DNA of 64,000 nucleotides. It comes from Candidatus Latescibacterota bacterium (GTDB lineage Bacteria > Latescibacterota > UBA2968 > GCA-2709665). Below are positions 1 to 9,214 of this stretch, one piece after another. Position 1 is the first letter of the stretch; each line of letters begins with the position of its first letter. Under the pieces are notes generated by a model. The model was not told the origin of the DNA and made no database searches. It was given only the letters and a program-made list of their open reading frames with translations. The stretch spans positions 1,536,001 through 1,600,000 of the forward strand of contig OZ242180.1 in NCBI GenBank assembly GCA_965205485.1. The letters are read 5' to 3'. The translations under genes and the position numbers were made by a program.

Positions 1-816
1 GAGTCTCCCCTCGCGCTCGGGTTCCGCCCCGTGAAAGACCAGGTACCCGCCGGTTGTAAAAACGAACGCATAGATCGAGCCGTGTTTCCAGTGTCCGCCT
101 CCGACTCTGAAGACCTCCTGGATGGTCGTAAGTTTCTCCGGCCCGATCCGCTCGAGCGCAATGGAAAAAGCCTTGAGGGCGCTTTCGACAAAGGCCTTCA
201 GGGTCTCCCGGTCCACCACCTCCCCGGCCGTGATGTCCGGGCGGGGTGCGGAAACGGGATCGCCGGCGGGCAGATCCGACAGGTCCTGGTAGAAGCCGCC
301 GACCAGAATATGGTTTTCGTCGGTTACCTCCGAGAAAAACTGCGTGGCATAGGCGACCTTGGGGTGGCCGCTATCGTCTCCCTCAACATCGGGATCGTCC
401 CAATAGTAACCGACAAAACCTCCGCCGGCAGCCGCCTCCATCAGAAGATTCTTTCCAATGCTGTCTCTCCTGGCATCGACAATGCGTCGGAGGGTCTTTC
501 CCTCGGCATCGGGCTGATCGGCGTGAAACAACACGGAGCCCCGGCTGTTGAGGACAATCAGGTATGTATTTCCTGACTTCCAGTCCCCTTCCAGGCGCAA
601 ACTGCTCCATACAACGGCCAGTTCGGCGGCGTCAGCGATGTCATCCAGTTGCGTTTTCGCGTATTCCACGAAAGCCCTCAGGGTTGCAGGCTCGTCGATG
701 TCGACGTCACCGGCCGTTACCGCCGTTTCCTGTGCATTGGCCGGACCCGCGTCGGCAAGGATATTGACGATGCCCGGAAGACACACCAACAGGCCGATAT
801 ATGCAATGGATCTCAT
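1..816 (-). CDS. Secreted tandem Cache-like domain protein (partial, runs off window)
   Basis: Translated manually: ATG at 816, open to position 1. MRSIAYIGLLVCLPGIVNILADAGPANAQ is signal-like. Repeated unit TAG(D/E)V..D..TL(R/K)AFVE...G.WK.G..Y......G...FH and GGFVGYYWDDP...PKVAYA resemble single-Cache domains. Not in the ORF track because no stop lies in the window. Confidence 0.75.
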   Translation of the reverse strand, partial: MRSIAYIGLLVCLPGIVNILADAGPANAQETAVTAGDVDIDEPATLRAFVEYAKTQLDDIADAAELAVVWSSLRLEGDWKSGNTYLIVLNSRGSVLFHADQPDAEGKTLRRIVDARRDSIGKNLLMEAAAGGGFVGYYWDDPDVEGDDSGHPKVAYATQFFSEVTDENHILVGGFYQDLSDLPAGDPVSAPRPDITAGEVVDRETLKAFVESALKAFSIALERIGPEKLTTIQEVFRVGGGHWKHGSIYAFVFTTGGYLVFHGAEPEREGRL

Positions 817-973
817 AAAATCCCCGGATTTCAGGTTGAAATACGCCCCAATCGAAGCAAAACGCGTGGACGGCGTCGGCAAGGCCGTTTCATCTCCGCG
901 CGCTTCCCACTAAAAAAATCTAATTCAAAATCGGTTGCTGTCAACCTGCGGCCGGCGAAAGGTCCGGCGCAAA

Positions 974-3709
974 TCAATGCGCGTCCAGCCAGTTCGTCCC
1001 CGTGCCCATCTCGACGACGATGGGCACCTGCATCGGAATGGCGGTCTTCATCCCGTGTTCCACGATGCCCGGAAGGACGTCCGCTTCGTCTTTATGCATA
1101 TCGAAGACGAGCTCGTCGTGCACCTGCAGGAGCATTCGCGACTTGAGACCGCGTTCCAGGATTTCGCGATGGATGTAACTCATCGCGAGCTTGATCATAT
1201 CCGCGGCCGTGCCCTGGATGCGCGAGTTGATGGCGTTTCGCTCTTCGCCCCTTCGCGTTGTGGCGTTTCTGGAGTTGATGTCCCGCAAATAGCGTCGGCG
1301 GCCGGTGACCGTCTCGACGTAGCCGTTTTCCCGCGCAAACTCAATGGTTTCGTCCATGTAGGTTCGGATGCCCGGAAACTGGTGGAAGTAGTGGTCGATG
1401 AGTTCCGCGGCCTGCGTTCGCGTAATATCCAGGCGATCGGCCAGGCCGAAGGCCGAGATACCGTAGATGATGCCGAAATTGACGGTTTTCGCGTGGCGCC
1501 GCATCTCCTCGGTTGCGCCTTCGATACCGTAGATTCTCTCAGCGGTGGCCGTGTGAATATCTCCGCCGTGCCGGAAGACTTCCGTCAGGGCTTCGTCTCC
1601 GCTGATTTCCGCGGCCACGCGGAGTTCGATCTGCGAGTAGTCCGCCGCGAGCAGCACGTGGTCTCCATCGCGCGGCACGAAGGCCTTGCGGATTTCCCTT
1701 CCCATTTCTGTGCGGATGGGGATGTTTTGCATATTGGGGCCGGAGGACTGCAGGCGGCCCGTGGCGGTAACCGCCGCTTCATAGTTGGTATGGACGCGGC
1801 CGGTGGGATTGAAGATCGACCCGGGCAGCTGATCGACGTACGTCGATTTCAATTTGGTGCACATCCGGTAGAACATCACCTGTTCCACGATTTCATGTTT
1901 ATACGCCAGCCGCCTCAGGACCTGCTCCGTGGTCTGGTACTGTTTGGTCCTGGCCGTGCGGCGGGCGTTCGGATCCAGCTTCAGTTTATCGAAGAGAATG
2001 TCGCCCAACTGTCTGGGAGAGTTGAGATCGAAATTCTCTCCGGCGAGTTGGAAGATACTTTCCCTGGCGCGCTCGATTTCGACGGCGAGTCCCTTCGATA
2101 AATCCCGAAGTACGCCGGCTTCACACCGGATGCCTTCGTATTCCATTTCGACAAGGGCGGGGATGAGCGGGCATTCCACGTCCCGGAACACCCGCACCTG
2201 TCCCATTTCTTCCAGCCTGGACCTCAGGATTTCGCTCAGTTGAAGGGTAATGTCCGCATCTTCCGCCGCGTACGTTGTTACCCGGTCCAGGGGGACGTCG
2301 GTGAGACTCAACTGGTCCTCGCCCTTTTCGCCGATGAGGTCGGAAATCGGAATGGGGCGGTATCCCAACAGCGCTTCGGAGAGATAGTCCATGGCGCGTC
2401 GAAGATCCGGTGTCGCCAGATACGCGGCGAGCATGGTGTCGAACAGCGGGCCGTTGACTCGAAAGCCCTTCCAGCGCAACACGCCCAGATCGAATTTCAG
2501 GTGGTGGCCTATTTTTTCGATATCGGGATTTTCCAGAACGGGCCGAAACGATTCCAGGATTGTGAGGGCTTCGTCCGGGACCTCGGGCAAGGGCACGTAA
2601 TATCCGGAGTGCGCCTTGTACGAGAAGGCAAGGCCGATCAGTCCACATTTCTTCGGATTAAGACCCGTGGTTTCGATATCGAAACAGAAGGATTCCTGCT
2701 CGTTCAAGGCTGCGATAAGTTCCCGGCGGGATTCCTCGGTGTCCACGAGTTGATAGTCATGTTCCACGTCGTCGATGGTGAGGACGTCTCCTCCAACCTC
2801 GTCGGTTGCGGCCGTGGGACCCGCCTTGAACGAGTCGCCGAACAGTCGCTGGCCGAGCGTATTGAACTCGAGCTCGACGAACAACGCCTGCAGTTTCGCC
2901 TCGTCCCAATCGACGCGTTCCAGGTCATCGGGCTTGACTTTCAGCACCACGTCGCATTCGATGGTGACCAGCTTCTTGGATAGCAGCGCCTGTTCGCGGT
3001 TTTCTTCAATGCGTTCCTTCTGCTTTCCCTTGAGTTCATCCACGTTGTCGAGCAGGTCTTCGATGCTTCCGTACTTTCCAATCAGTTTCTGTGCCGTCTT
3101 TTCACCGACTCCGGGCACGCCGGGCACGTTGTCCGAGCTGTCGCCCATCAGGCCCAGGATGTCGATAACCTGGTCAACGCGTTCGATCTGCCACTTATCC
3201 AGAATCTCCTTGACGCCCTGGACTTCCACGTCGCCGGTGCGCCCCGGTTTGCAGACGAAGGTGCGGTCCGAAACCAGCTGACCGTAGTCCTTGTCGGGCG
3301 TAACCATATAGGTGGTGAAGCCGGCTGTCTCCGCCTGTTTGGCGAGGGTCCCGATCACATCGTCGGCTTCCCATCCGGGGACCCTGACAACCGGCAGGTT
3401 GAACGCTTCGCACAGGCGAAAGACGTAGGGGAGCGCCGCGCTGAGATCCTCCGGCATGGCCTCGCGCTGGGCCTTGTATTCCGGAAACATCCTGTGGCGG
3501 TGGGTCGGCTCGGGCGTATCGAAGACAACGCCGATGTGGGTGGGATCCGCGTTGGAAAGAATATCCATCAGGGTGTTCGTGAGCACGAATACCGTTGAGG
3601 TATTCAGGCCGGTGGACGACATGCGCGGATTTCGGATCATCGAAAAGTGGGCCCGGTAAACCAGCGCCATTCCGTCCAGCAGGTAGAGCTTCTTGTCTGT
3701 CTCGCCCAT
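974..3709 (-). CDS. polA: DNA polymerase I
   Basis: 911 aa; LLDG..YRA 5'-exonuclease start, FDIETTGL/YAAEDAD proofreading motifs, ADYSQIELR, AKTVNFGIIYG, LQVHDELVF. Confidence 0.98.
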   Translation of the reverse strand: MGETDKKLYLLDGMALVYRAHFSMIRNPRMSSTGLNTSTVFVLTNTLMDILSNADPTHIGVVFDTPEPTHRHRMFPEYKAQREAMPEDLSAALPYVFRLCEAFNLPVVRVPGWEADDVIGTLAKQAETAGFTTYMVTPDKDYGQLVSDRTFVCKPGRTGDVEVQGVKEILDKWQIERVDQVIDILGLMGDSSDNVPGVPGVGEKTAQKLIGKYGSIEDLLDNVDELKGKQKERIEENREQALLSKKLVTIECDVVLKVKPDDLERVDWDEAKLQALFVELEFNTLGQRLFGDSFKAGPTAATDEVGGDVLTIDDVEHDYQLVDTEESRRELIAALNEQESFCFDIETTGLNPKKCGLIGLAFSYKAHSGYYVPLPEVPDEALTILESFRPVLENPDIEKIGHHLKFDLGVLRWKGFRVNGPLFDTMLAAYLATPDLRRAMDYLSEALLGYRPIPISDLIGEKGEDQLSLTDVPLDRVTTYAAEDADITLQLSEILRSRLEEMGQVRVFRDVECPLIPALVEMEYEGIRCEAGVLRDLSKGLAVEIERARESIFQLAGENFDLNSPRQLGDILFDKLKLDPNARRTARTKQYQTTEQVLRRLAYKHEIVEQVMFYRMCTKLKSTYVDQLPGSIFNPTGRVHTNYEAAVTATGRLQSSGPNMQNIPIRTEMGREIRKAFVPRDGDHVLLAADYSQIELRVAAEISGDEALTEVFRHGGDIHTATAERIYGIEGATEEMRRHAKTVNFGIIYGISAFGLADRLDITRTQAAELIDHYFHQFPGIRTYMDETIEFARENGYVETVTGRRRYLRDINSRNATTRRGEERNAINSRIQGTAADMIKLAMSYIHREILERGLKSRMLLQVHDELVFDMHKDEADVLPGIVEHGMKTAIPMQVPIVVEMGTGTNWLDAH

Positions 3710-3853
3710 TGTTCTCTCCCTACCCCTGGCACACCGCTAACGAGGAGCGCAGGGGTTCTCATTATTCTTGCGACAGTGGCTTACGCGACCTACCTTGTCC
3801 CGTTGATCGCCAACCTCTCGATGTGGTGACGGATCCTTGCGTGGAGGCGTTAA

Positions 3854-4975
3854 ATGGAGCAGTTCGAACGGCGCGATTTTCTCAAAAAGGCCACGATCGG
3901 GGTCGCGGGCGGCGTTGCGGCCCTGGCGGGTTGCAGCCCCGCTTCAGACGAAAAACCCGGCGCGCCCGCCGTACACACCCGGAAAAAATACGAATGGAAA
4001 ATGGTTACCACCTGGCCGCCGCATTTCCCCATTCTTGGCGAAGGCGCGGACATGCTGGCCAAATGGATCGATGAGATGTCCGGCGGACAGTTGAAAATTA
4101 TGGTTTACGGCGGCGGCGAACTGATTCCGCCGCTCGAAGGATTCGACGCTGTCAGCCAGGGAACCGTTGAGATGTGCCACGGCGCCGCGTATTACTGGGC
4201 CGGAAAAGCGCCGGCCACGCAGTTCTTCGCCGCGGTTCCTTTCGGCATGAACGGACAGCAGCTCAACGCCTGGATCTACAGCGGCGGCGGGCTGGACCTC
4301 TGGCAGGAGCTGTATGCTCCATTCAATCTGGTCGCGATGCCGGTGGGCAATACCGGCGTCCAGATGGGCGGCTGGTATAACCGTGAAATGAACAGCATCG
4401 CCGATTTTCACGGCCTGAAGATGCGGATCCCGGGACTCGGCGGCAAGGTAATCGCCAAAGCCGGCGGGTCCGCGGTGCTTTCTGCCGGAGGTGAAATCTA
4501 CACCAACCTGGAACGCGGTGTCATCGATGCAACCGAATGGATCGGACCCTATCACGATTACCTGATGGGATTCTTCAGGGCCGCGAAATACTATTATTAT
4601 CCGGGCTGGCACGAGCCGGGCACCGCCCTGGAACTGATCGTCAACAAGACCGCCTTCGAACAACTGTCATCGGACCTGCAGCGGGTTGTGGAAACGGCCG
4701 CCGCCCGTTCCAATGCATGGATGCTCTCGGAATTCGAGGCCAAGAACAGCGTCTACCTGGAAAAACTCACCAAAGAACACAACGTCGTATTGCGCAGGTT
4801 TTCGGACGAGGTCCTGAAGACGCTGCGAAGATACTCCGTTGAGGTCGAGAACGAGGTGGCTGAAGCCGATCCGATGAGCAAAAAGGTCTACGCTTCTTTC
4901 GATGCGTTCCGGAAGAACATCGATCCGTGGGCGGCGCTTTCGGAGAAGCTCTATTATTCCGCAATTGGCGGATGA
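3854..4975 (+). CDS. dctP: TRAP transporter solute-binding protein (TakP-like), Tat lipoprotein
   Basis: RRDFLK Tat motif, LAGC lipobox, WKMVTTWP, GNTGVQMGGW, KMRIPGLGG, YYYPGWHEP. Confidence 0.92.
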   Translation: MEQFERRDFLKKATIGVAGGVAALAGCSPASDEKPGAPAVHTRKKYEWKMVTTWPPHFPILGEGADMLAKWIDEMSGGQLKIMVYGGGELIPPLEGFDAVSQGTVEMCHGAAYYWAGKAPATQFFAAVPFGMNGQQLNAWIYSGGGLDLWQELYAPFNLVAMPVGNTGVQMGGWYNREMNSIADFHGLKMRIPGLGGKVIAKAGGSAVLSAGGEIYTNLERGVIDATEWIGPYHDYLMGFFRAAKYYYYPGWHEPGTALELIVNKTAFEQLSSDLQRVVETAAARSNAWMLSEFEAKNSVYLEKLTKEHNVVLRRFSDEVLKTLRRYSVEVENEVAEADPMSKKVYASFDAFRKNIDPWAALSEKLYYSAIGG

Positions 4976-5003
4976 CGATTGCTTGCGACAGAAGTCGTGA
5001 GTC

Positions 5004-5033
5004 AAAGGGATGCGTGCAAACCGCGTCCCTTTT
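5004..5033. terminator. Likely bidirectional intrinsic terminator between dctP and dctM
   Basis: AAAGGGATGCG-tgcaaac-CGCGTCCCTTT hairpin with A and T tails between convergent genes. Confidence 0.7.
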
Positions 5034-5047
5034 CTGTTTCTGATCCG

Positions 5048-6367
5048 TCACGACGCCAGGTATCGCGGCAGCCATGTGGCCGCTTCGGGAAAGACGATAA
5101 CCAGGGACAGGCCGATCAGCTGAACGACGATAAAGGGTATGATGCCGCGATAGATGTGGCCGGTCCGCACTTCGGGCGGCGCGACCCCTTTCAGGTAGAA
5201 CAGCGAGAATCCGAACGGCGGCGTCAGGAATGACGTCTGCAGGTTCATCGCGATGAGGACGCCCACCCAGAGAAGGTCCACGCCCAGGTGCGCAAATATC
5301 GGTGCGACCACCGGCACGATGATAAACGTAATCTCAATGAAGTCTATAAAGAATCCGGCGACGAATATGACCACCATGACCAGCGCGAGGAAGACGTGCG
5401 GCCCCGGGTCCGCTTCCACGATCAGCCGCGTGAGGTACGCGTCGCCCTGCAATCCCCTGAAGACAAGGCCGAAGGCGGTGGCGCCCACCAGGATGATAAA
5501 GACCATGCAGGTGAGATGTGTCGTCTCCGCCATGACGGATTTGAGAGTAGCCAGCGAAAGTTTGCGCTTGCACAGAGTAAGGACGGTTGCGCCGAGGGCG
5601 CCCACGGCCGCGGCCTCCGTCGGGGAAGCGATACCGGCAAAGATCGAGCCGAGAACCGCCGTTATCAGCAGGCCGGGAAGGAGGAACGCGTGGATGGTCT
5701 GTTTGATCCTGACGGCGCCCACAAACCGGTCCAGATCCGACCTGGGCATGGCGGGAGCGGATTCGGGCCTTGTCAGGGCGACGATCACGATCCAGGTCAG
5801 ATAGAGGCCCACGAGGCACAGGCCGGGAATCACGGCGGCAATGAACATGTCGCCGATGGATATGTTCAGGATGCTCCCCAGAAGCACAAGCACGATGCTG
5901 GGTGGAATAATCTGACCCAGCGTGCCCGACGCGGAGATGATGCCGGTGGCGAGTTCCGTGCGATAGCCTCGTCTGAGCATGGTGGGCAGGCTAAGGAGAC
6001 CCATCGTGACAACGGTTGCCCCGACGATTCCCGTTGAAGCGCCGAGAAGGGCGCCGACGACGATTACGGAAACGGCAAGGCCGCCACGCAGCTTGCCGAA
6101 GAGCAGCGCCATCGTTTCCAGCAATTCCTCGGCAAGGCCGGACTTTTCGAGCATGACGCCCATATAGACGAACAGGGGTACCGCGATGAGCACGTAGTTG
6201 GTCATCACGCCCCAGATGCGCAGGGGCAGCAGATTGAAGAAATCCATGCCGAACGTGAGATAGCCCAGGATGAATGAGACACCGCCCAGGGTGAATGCAA
6301 CCGGAAATCCGAAAAGGAGCAGCACAAACAGGACCCCGAACAGGATGAGCGGCATGGCTTCGATCAT
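5048..6367 (-). CDS. dctM: TRAP transporter large permease
   Basis: Start reassigned to ATG 6367 (MIEAMPLILF), overlapping the dctQ stop; GFPVAFTLGG, GTLGQIIPPS, SFLTPPFGFSLFYLKG. Confidence 0.93.
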   Translation of the reverse strand: MIEAMPLILFGVLFVLLLFGFPVAFTLGGVSFILGYLTFGMDFFNLLPLRIWGVMTNYVLIAVPLFVYMGVMLEKSGLAEELLETMALLFGKLRGGLAVSVIVVGALLGASTGIVGATVVTMGLLSLPTMLRRGYRTELATGIISASGTLGQIIPPSIVLVLLGSILNISIGDMFIAAVIPGLCLVGLYLTWIVIVALTRPESAPAMPRSDLDRFVGAVRIKQTIHAFLLPGLLITAVLGSIFAGIASPTEAAAVGALGATVLTLCKRKLSLATLKSVMAETTHLTCMVFIILVGATAFGLVFRGLQGDAYLTRLIVEADPGPHVFLALVMVVIFVAGFFIDFIEITFIIVPVVAPIFAHLGVDLLWVGVLIAMNLQTSFLTPPFGFSLFYLKGVAPPEVRTGHIYRGIIPFIVVQLIGLSLVIVFPEAATWLPRYLAS

Positions 6368-6912
6368 GCGTCGGTCCCCTGTCGTTCGGCATTGGTGTCT
6401 GTCGCCCGCAAGTCTGCGATCTCGAGCAGCGAACCGAAGGCCAGCGCCAGGCCCTGCAGGGACAGAAGGAAAAAGCCGACTGGTATGGCGGCTTTCAGGA
6501 TGAACCGCGCGGGCAGTCCACCGGGATCGGGCGAACCTTCGCCGATGATAAACGCGTTGATTACGAACGTATGAGAACACCAGATGGCCACCAGGCAGAA
6601 TGGCAGGAGAAAGACCAGACTTCCGATGAAGTCCACCCACGCCCTGGTTTTCGCGGAGAAACGATTGTAGAAGACATCCACACGTACGTGCTTTCCATGT
6701 TTCAGGGTATACGCAGCGCCTATGAGGAAAATGACGGCGAACAGATGCCATTGCAGTTCCTGCACCGCCACCAGGCTGCTCTTCAGCAGGTAGCGCGTGA
6801 AAACGTCGTAACAAACGACGGCTACGAGGACCGTGGTGAGCCAGGATACGGCAACGCCGATCCGTTCGTTCAGCCGATTCGCAAGGCCGACGTAGGCACG
6901 AAGGAGATTCAA
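6364..6912 (-). CDS. dctQ: TRAP transporter small permease
   Basis: QELQWHLF, HVRVDVFY, EGSPDPGGLP; four TM segments; TTG start at 6912 with upstream GGAG (start uncertain). Confidence 0.9.
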   Translation of the reverse strand: MNLLRAYVGLANRLNERIGVAVSWLTTVLVAVVCYDVFTRYLLKSSLVAVQELQWHLFAVIFLIGAAYTLKHGKHVRVDVFYNRFSAKTRAWVDFIGSLVFLLPFCLVAIWCSHTFVINAFIIGEGSPDPGGLPARFILKAAIPVGFFLLSLQGLALAFGSLLEIADLRATDTNAERQGTDA

Positions 6913-7163
6913 GGAAGGGTTACTCCGGAAGCGGTTCGGAACGGGGAAGCGGGCCTTCACGGCGAGGCCGCCAGAAAGCCGATTTTGTGGCGTAAATTAA
7001 GAACGGCCCCCTTCGTTTGCAAAGAAAAAAGCATTGCCATCAAGACGTCTTTTCGCTTCTTTTACACGTGGTGAAGGAGGAAAGAAGCTTTCGGCTAAAC
7101 CCGGTCTGCGAGCTAATACGATACGGCCTGGCGATATCAATCCAAGGTTGCCAGGGCCAATAT

Positions 7164-7271
7164 CCGGGCGCCCACAAGGGACGCCCCTACAAGACCAAAC
7201 ATCCACGAATTAAACTCACTGAGTTCCGCACCGACGTTGCATTTGTAGGGGCGTCCCTTGTGGGCGCCCGG
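7164..7271. repeat. GTAG-type REP doublet (REPIN-like)
   Basis: Perfect 29-bp inverted repeat (7164-7192 / 7243-7271), TTGTAGGGGCGTCCCTTGTGGGCGCCCGG, with a 50-bp spacer. Confidence 0.85.
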
Positions 7272-7330
7272 CCACCGGCGATACCTCTACCGTTTCTTCC
7301 CTCTCACCGGCCATTAAGGAGTACTCAGAT

Positions 7331-9214
7331 ATGCATAAGTCGGGTTTGATCGTCCTGCTGGTTGCGATTTTCGCTGTGGCGGCGCCGGTGGACGCACAGG
7401 ACAAAGTCAGAGTGAGTACGGCCTGGCCTGCCGACGGGGCGCGGCCGGGCGACCTTGTGGCGCTGGCCATCGTGGTGGATATCGATGATGAATTCCACAT
7501 CAACCCGGATCCGGCGCAGGTGGTGGTCGTTGGCGACTTCGAACCCTATCCCACAGACGTCCGCATTCTCGAGGTGGCGAGCGGACTCACCCTTGAAGCC
7601 GTTCGCTTCCCGAAGCCTCATCCAATTAAGGCAGACTATGCCGACGGCGAACTTATGGTGTTCGAGGGCCGAACCGTGTTCTATCTGCCCGTTAAGGTGG
7701 GGGGAGAGGTACAACCGGGTCTTCAAGGGATTAAACTCGAGGTGGAGTACCAGGCCTGTGACGCGTACACGTGTTTCATACCCAAGACGGTCGAACTGGA
7801 AGCGTCGCTGCCGATTGTGGACGCCGGCCAATCCGTGAACAGCCTGAATTCAGCGTTGTTCGAAGGGTTCAGTGCGACCGGCGCCGATACGGGGGCGGGC
7901 GGCGTGCGCTTCGATCTGTTCGGCTGGACGTTTTCGATCGATACGTCATCCGGCGGCGGGCTGATTCTGCTCCTGTTCGTGGCGGCCTTCGGCGGCGGGC
8001 TGCTTAACCTCACGCCTTGCGTGCTACCGGTCATTCCCATCAAGATCATCGGGCTGGCGCAGGCGTCGGAGAATCAAACGCGGCGGCTTGTACTTGGGGG
8101 ATCGATGTCGCTGGGCGTCGTCGCCTTCTGGCTGGCGCTGGGTATAATGATTGCCGGCATCAGTGGATTTACGGCCACCAATCAGCTGTTTCAGTATCCG
8201 GTGTTTACGATCCTCGTCGGCATAATCATCGCCGCCATGGCCGTCGGCATGTGCGGGCTGTTCTACATCCGGCTTCCGCAGGCGGTCTACCGGTTCAATC
8301 CGGGGCAGGACAGCCTCGGGGGGTCGTTCGGGTTCGGGATTATGACGGCCGTGCTTTCCACGCCCTGCACGGCGCCCTTCATGGGTGCGGCCGCGGCGTG
8401 GGCGGCCACCCAATATCCCGCAACAACGCTGCTGACGTTCGCCTCGATCGGCGCCGGGATGGCCGCGCCGTACATGGCGCTGTCGATCTTTCCGGCGCTG
8501 GTGGAGCGGATGCCCCGCACGGGCCCGGCCAGCGAGTTGATCAAGCAGGTGATGGGGCTGCTGATGCTGGCGGCGGCGGCCTATTTCGTTGGCGTTGGGC
8601 TCAGCGCGCTGGTTGTCACACCTCCCGATCCGCCGGGCAGGGAATACTGGTGGGCCGTGATGGCATTCGGTGCCGCCGCAGGTTTCTGGCTGGTCTACGG
8701 AACGCTTCGGATTACCACCCGTACCGGTCGGCGTGTGGTCTTTGGCCTTCTCGGCGCCGCGCTTTTCATTTCCTCCGCGGCAGGCGCCGTCCGGTTTACG
8801 GATAAGGGACCGATCGATTGGATCTACTATACGCCCGTGCGGTTCCAGGAGGCGCTGGAGGAGGGCCAGGTTGTGGTAATGGACTTCACCGCGGAGTGGT
8901 GCCTGAACTGTAAAGTACTGGAGCACAACGTACTGCAAAGTCAGGACGTGGTGAAATTGCTGGCGGCGCCCGACGTGGCCGCGGTCAAGGTGGATATCAC
9001 GGGCAACAACCCGGTCGGCAAGGCGAAGCTGAGAGATACCGGCCGGTTGACCATCCCGCTTCTGGTCGTCTATGCGCCGGATGGACGGGAGGTTTTCAAG
9101 AGCGATTTTTACACGGTTGAACAGGTGCTGTCGGCGATCAGACAGGCCCGGGGTATGCATGCGAGCGGGCGTGCCGCAGTGTTGGGCGTGCCGTCGTACA
9201 AGGAGGTCGAATGA
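7331..9214 (+). CDS. dsbD: Protein-disulfide reductase DsbD family
   Basis: Signal peptide, YQACDAYTC (alpha domain), NLTPCVLP and STPCTAP (TM cysteines), DFTAEWCLNCK thioredoxin domain. Confidence 0.88.
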   Translation: MHKSGLIVLLVAIFAVAAPVDAQDKVRVSTAWPADGARPGDLVALAIVVDIDDEFHINPDPAQVVVVGDFEPYPTDVRILEVASGLTLEAVRFPKPHPIKADYADGELMVFEGRTVFYLPVKVGGEVQPGLQGIKLEVEYQACDAYTCFIPKTVELEASLPIVDAGQSVNSLNSALFEGFSATGADTGAGGVRFDLFGWTFSIDTSSGGGLILLLFVAAFGGGLLNLTPCVLPVIPIKIIGLAQASENQTRRLVLGGSMSLGVVAFWLALGIMIAGISGFTATNQLFQYPVFTILVGIIIAAMAVGMCGLFYIRLPQAVYRFNPGQDSLGGSFGFGIMTAVLSTPCTAPFMGAAAAWAATQYPATTLLTFASIGAGMAAPYMALSIFPALVERMPRTGPASELIKQVMGLLMLAAAAYFVGVGLSALVVTPPDPPGREYWWAVMAFGAAAGFWLVYGTLRITTRTGRRVVFGLLGAALFISSAAGAVRFTDKGPIDWIYYTPVRFQEALEEGQVVVMDFTAEWCLNCKVLEHNVLQSQDVVKLLAAPDVAAVKVDITGNNPVGKAKLRDTGRLTIPLLVVYAPDGREVFKSDFYTVEQVLSAIRQARGMHASGRAAVLGVPSYKEVE

